Part shown: in pieces, positions 61,318-64,000 of the stretch
Numbering within the stretch: position 1 is the first letter of the stretch
Layout: every line of letters starts with the position of its first letter
Source: Verrucomicrobiota bacterium
GTDB lineage: Bacteria; Verrucomicrobiota; Verrucomicrobiia; Chthoniobacterales; Terrimicrobiaceae
NCBI GenBank assembly: GCA_026398275.1
Contig: JAPLTF010000098.1
Span: 6,174-70,173 of the forward strand
Direction of reading: 5' to 3'
Length of the DNA: 64,000 bases
Program-made: the position numbers and the translations under genes
Notes under the pieces: model-generated
Database searches by the model: none
What the model was told of the DNA's origin: nothing
Seen by the model: only the letters and a program-made list of their open reading frames with translations

Positions 61318-63243
61318 GTGAAATTCCACCTTTTCGCGATTTTGACCTCTGCCCTGACCCTATTAACCGGATGCGACCAGTCCAAGCAGACGCTATCTCC
61401 ACCGGAGCCAAAGGGGCAGGTCCATGCCCAGGACATTTTCAAGAAGCGCATGGGTCTTTTCATCCATTGGGTCGGCTCGACCCCGGAACACGGCAGCGGA
61501 ATTCTTTTCTCAAACGGCCAGACTTCAAAAACCCCCGACGAGTTTGCTGATGCGGTCGACGTGAACAAGGTGTGCGACGAGGTGGCCGCCCTCGGGTTCG
61601 AATACGTCGTGCTGACGGACTTTCACGGGTTCGGCACGATGCTGCATCCGAGCGCAGCCAGCGACAAGTGGCGCGGACCCGGATACACGGCAAAACGTGA
61701 TCTCGTCGGAGAGATGATCGCAGGACTGAAAGCCAGGGGCATTGATGTGATCCTGTTCACGCATCCGCTTGACGGGCATGACTACGGCGCCGAGCAAAAG
61801 AAGCTTCTGGGCTGGAACGATCCCGAGGGCGGTTACAAGAAGTGGAATGACTTTGTGAATGACATTCACGCCGAGCTGACGGAGCGCTATGGGAAAGACA
61901 TCTTGGGAATTGGTTTTGACAGCGAGTTTTCGCTTTCCACCAACGAGGAGTGGAAGGGCAAGCTGGACCGGGAGCGACTGCGCGAGACAATTCTTTCGCG
62001 GCAGCCGGATCTGAGCCTGATCGCCTTGACGGGACCGAACGAGACTTGCGAGCTGGCCATGAAGGAGGTCTGGCGCCCGTCTTGGCTTGATCCCTGGATG
62101 ACACGCTCCGAGGAGGATTGGGATATTGAGACGTGGCCTGCCTATAAGAGATCTATTGGTATTGTGCAGGGTCACCACTGGGCGACAATCATACCACCGG
62201 AAGGGGGGAAGGCCCGGTTGACCGCGGAGCAGATGTATCGCTATACGGTGCTTCAGGCCGGCACGGCCACCGAGGGGGCCGGCACCTGCTGGGCCGCCAG
62301 TCCCTATACCGACGGGCTCTGGGAGAAGGGAGTGCGCGAGGCCTTCACCAAACTGGCCGCCTACATGGCCCCGGTCCGCGAATCTCTGCGCGATGTGTAT
62401 GCGAGCCGTTCGTATCCGACAGCCGAGGGATCGACCCTGGCCGGATTGCCGCATGGCGTGGTCGCCACGCGTCAGACCGACGACACGGTGGAATACCTTC
62501 ATGTTCTCAATCCTCCGGAGGGCCGCACCCTGGCCCTGCCCACGCCAGCGGACGGCAAGCTTTTTACAGCGGCAACGCTTCTTGCCGACGGTTCCGCCGT
62601 CAAGTTGCAGCAAAATGCGGACGGCTTGCAACTGACCCTGCCCGAGGGGATAAACTGGCAGCCCTTGAACACAGTCATCCGGCTCCAGGTGGACCCGGCG
62701 ACGATTGCGCCGCGAAACCTCGCACTGCACTGCCCCGTCTTTGCGTCGACATCGATCGAGCGCGATCCGGCCTGGCCGCCGCGTTCGGATTCCGGACGGA
62801 TTCGCTTGGTGGACGGGGAGACGCGTGCTCTCCCGAGGGTGAACCTCGACAAGGAAGGGCGAGGGTATCCGCACGATTGGTCCACCGGCAACCTGGGGTG
62901 GTCGAGCGCCAGGTCGGAGCAGAGCTCCGAGCAATATGTCGGCGTTGATCTGGGCGATGCCCTCACGATCGGCGAGGTGCTCCTCTACCCGCGCGACGAC
63001 GGAAAAAATGCGGGTCAGGGCTTTCCCGTGGATTTCCAGATTCAGGTTTCCCAGGACGGCGAGGCATGGACCACTCTCATCTCGCAGAAAGATTATCCTC
63101 TGCCGAACGGGGTTCAGCGCTTCGCCTTGCAGCCGCAGAAAGCCCGCTATGTGCGGGTGCTGGCCACCCGCCTCCGGCCGAATCCCTCCGACAAGGGCCT
63201 CCACAGCTTTCAGCTCGCGGAGCTCGCGGTCCTGGCACCTTAA
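61318..63243 (+). CDS. lipoprotein, divergent GH29-like TIM-barrel glycosidase with C-terminal F5/8-type-C domain
   Basis: Lipobox LTLLTG|C. MGLFIHWVGSTPEHG resembles the GH29 start, but the HHDG motif is replaced (VVLTDFHGFGTMLHP). The C-terminal discoidin reads YVGVDLGDALTIGEVLLYPRDD...FQIQVSQDGEAWTTL...ARYVRVLATRL...FQLAELAVL. Confidence 0.75.
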   Translation: MKFHLFAILTSALTLLTGCDQSKQTLSPPEPKGQVHAQDIFKKRMGLFIHWVGSTPEHGSGILFSNGQTSKTPDEFADAVDVNKVCDEVAALGFEYVVLTDFHGFGTMLHPSAASDKWRGPGYTAKRDLVGEMIAGLKARGIDVILFTHPLDGHDYGAEQKKLLGWNDPEGGYKKWNDFVNDIHAELTERYGKDILGIGFDSEFSLSTNEEWKGKLDRERLRETILSRQPDLSLIALTGPNETCELAMKEVWRPSWLDPWMTRSEEDWDIETWPAYKRSIGIVQGHHWATIIPPEGGKARLTAEQMYRYTVLQAGTATEGAGTCWAASPYTDGLWEKGVREAFTKLAAYMAPVRESLRDVYASRSYPTAEGSTLAGLPHGVVATRQTDDTVEYLHVLNPPEGRTLALPTPADGKLFTAATLLADGSAVKLQQNADGLQLTLPEGINWQPLNTVIRLQVDPATIAPRNLALHCPVFASTSIERDPAWPPRSDSGRIRLVDGETRALPRVNLDKEGRGYPHDWSTGNLGWSSARSEQSSEQYVGVDLGDALTIGEVLLYPRDDGKNAGQGFPVDFQIQVSQDGEAWTTLISQKDYPLPNGVQRFALQPQKARYVRVLATRLRPNPSDKGLHSFQLAELAVLAP

Positions 63244-63366
63244 ACCGCCGATCCAATAACTCCCTCGCGCCTTCGCCCGCACCACTCCCTGAGAATCACG
63301 ATGTCAAAAATGACCGGAGAGTGATTAAAACAGACTCACAATTGTCAGCAATCCTCAACATCACAA

Positions 63367-64000
63367 ATGAAACCAAGCCTTCCCAGTTCCCAGATCTTCA
63401 TTCTGTCTTTTCTGGCTCTATCTGTTTTGAACACCATGGCACAGACTCCCCCCATTCCAGCCACTTCCTACGGTGATGCGCTCTCGGCCAACCCGCCGCA
63501 AACCCGGGAGGAACTCTGGGCCGGCATCGATATGCGGGCGGAGCCTCTGGATGTTGAAGTCCTGAAAGAGTGGGAAGAGGACGGCGTGGTTCTGAAGGTG
63601 CTGCGGTATCGTGTGGGAGTCTTCAAAGGCCAAAAAGTGATGATGGCTGCGGTCTATGGATTCCCCAAGGGCGGAAGCAAACTTCCCGGGTTGGTGCAGA
63701 TTCACGGCGGCGGCCAGTTTGCCCAATCCGAAGCCGTCCTGACAAATGCCAAGCGTGGCTACGCTACGATCTCGATCGCCTGGGCGGGAAGGATCGCCGC
63801 GCCCGGTTACCATGTCAATCCGGAGCGGGTGAAGCTTTTCTGGGATGGTAAAGTCGATGACCCGAACTACAAAGTCACCACCGACTGGGGTGTGCTGGAT
63901 GCCTACCTGGATGCCTACCACTCCCCCTGCCGGAATCCCGCCGCTGACTTCACGGGCGTCAAACCGGCGGCATGGACTCTGGATACGGTGGAATCGCCAC
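63367..64000 (+). CDS. secreted acetyl-esterase-like alpha/beta-hydrolase, N-terminal part; ORF runs off the right window edge
   Basis: Manual translation from the ATG at 63367 gives MKPSLPSSQIFILSFLALSVLNTMAQTPPIPATSYGD...VLRYRVGVFKGQKVMMAAVYGFPKGGSKLPGLVQIHGGGQFAQSEAVLTNAKRGYATISIAWAG.... There is no stop before 64000. It is a paralog of the truncated 19357 ORF. It is absent from the ORF track because it is open-ended. Confidence 0.75.
   Translation, partial: MKPSLPSSQIFILSFLALSVLNTMAQTPPIPATSYGDALSANPPQTREELWAGIDMRAEPLDVEVLKEWEEDGVVLKVLRYRVGVFKGQKVMMAAVYGFPKGGSKLPGLVQIHGGGQFAQSEAVLTNAKRGYATISIAWAGRIAAPGYHVNPERVKLFWDGKVDDPNYKVTTDWGVLDAYLDAYHSPCRNPAADFTGVKPAAWTLDTVESP

Noticed and set aside
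1-64000. Search for CRISPR arrays, tRNA/rRNA genes, IS elements, integrases and prophage genes
   Set aside because: I saw no regularly spaced direct repeats, no cloverleaf-like or rRNA-like conserved strings in the intergenic gaps, and no ORF with transposase (DDE), integrase (R..HxxR..Y) or phage structural signatures. The absence is by eye only and should be confirmed with tRNAscan-SE, Infernal, ISEScan and CRISPRCasFinder.

Overview
High-GC (roughly 60% by eye) bacterial chromosomal segment. PEP-CTERM anchors, an autotransporter-associated beta-strand-repeat adhesin, a prepilin/H-X9-DG protein, many exo-glycosidases and no SusC/D pair suggest Verrucomicrobiota or a related PVC lineage (inference only). 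The window is a fucose-centred glycan-degradation locus. It holds three clear GH29 alpha-L-fucosidases plus one divergent GH29-like lipoprotein, one GH95, three GH2 enzymes, three or four right-handed beta-helix proteins, a DUF5703-type hydrolase, several carbohydrate esterases and a signal-less sulfatase. Transport and regulation are covered by a CUT1-type ABC importer, an SSS symporter, LacI paralogs and an XylR-type AraC regulator. An AbiEi/AbiEii (type IV toxin-antitoxin / abortive infection) pair sits inside the locus; this is a known system, not a new one. I found no rRNA, tRNA, CRISPR array, transposase or integrase. Main observations: (1) a ~160-bp stretch encoding the first half of the C-terminal F5/8 (discoidin) domain of the GH29 gene at 15010 lies on the opposite strand, a local inversion plus a 1-nt indel. 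(2) Two inverted 399-nt fucP fragments (~91% identical by my manual count) bracket a 39.6-kb glycosidase block. (3) Two large secreted proteins (846 aa and 820 aa) have no family I can recognise, and each is tightly linked to a transporter or a fucosidase. (4) A beta-helix enzyme carries a PDZ domain. (5) Gene remnants are unusually dense (at least 10). All family calls come from motif recognition by eye; no database search was possible.
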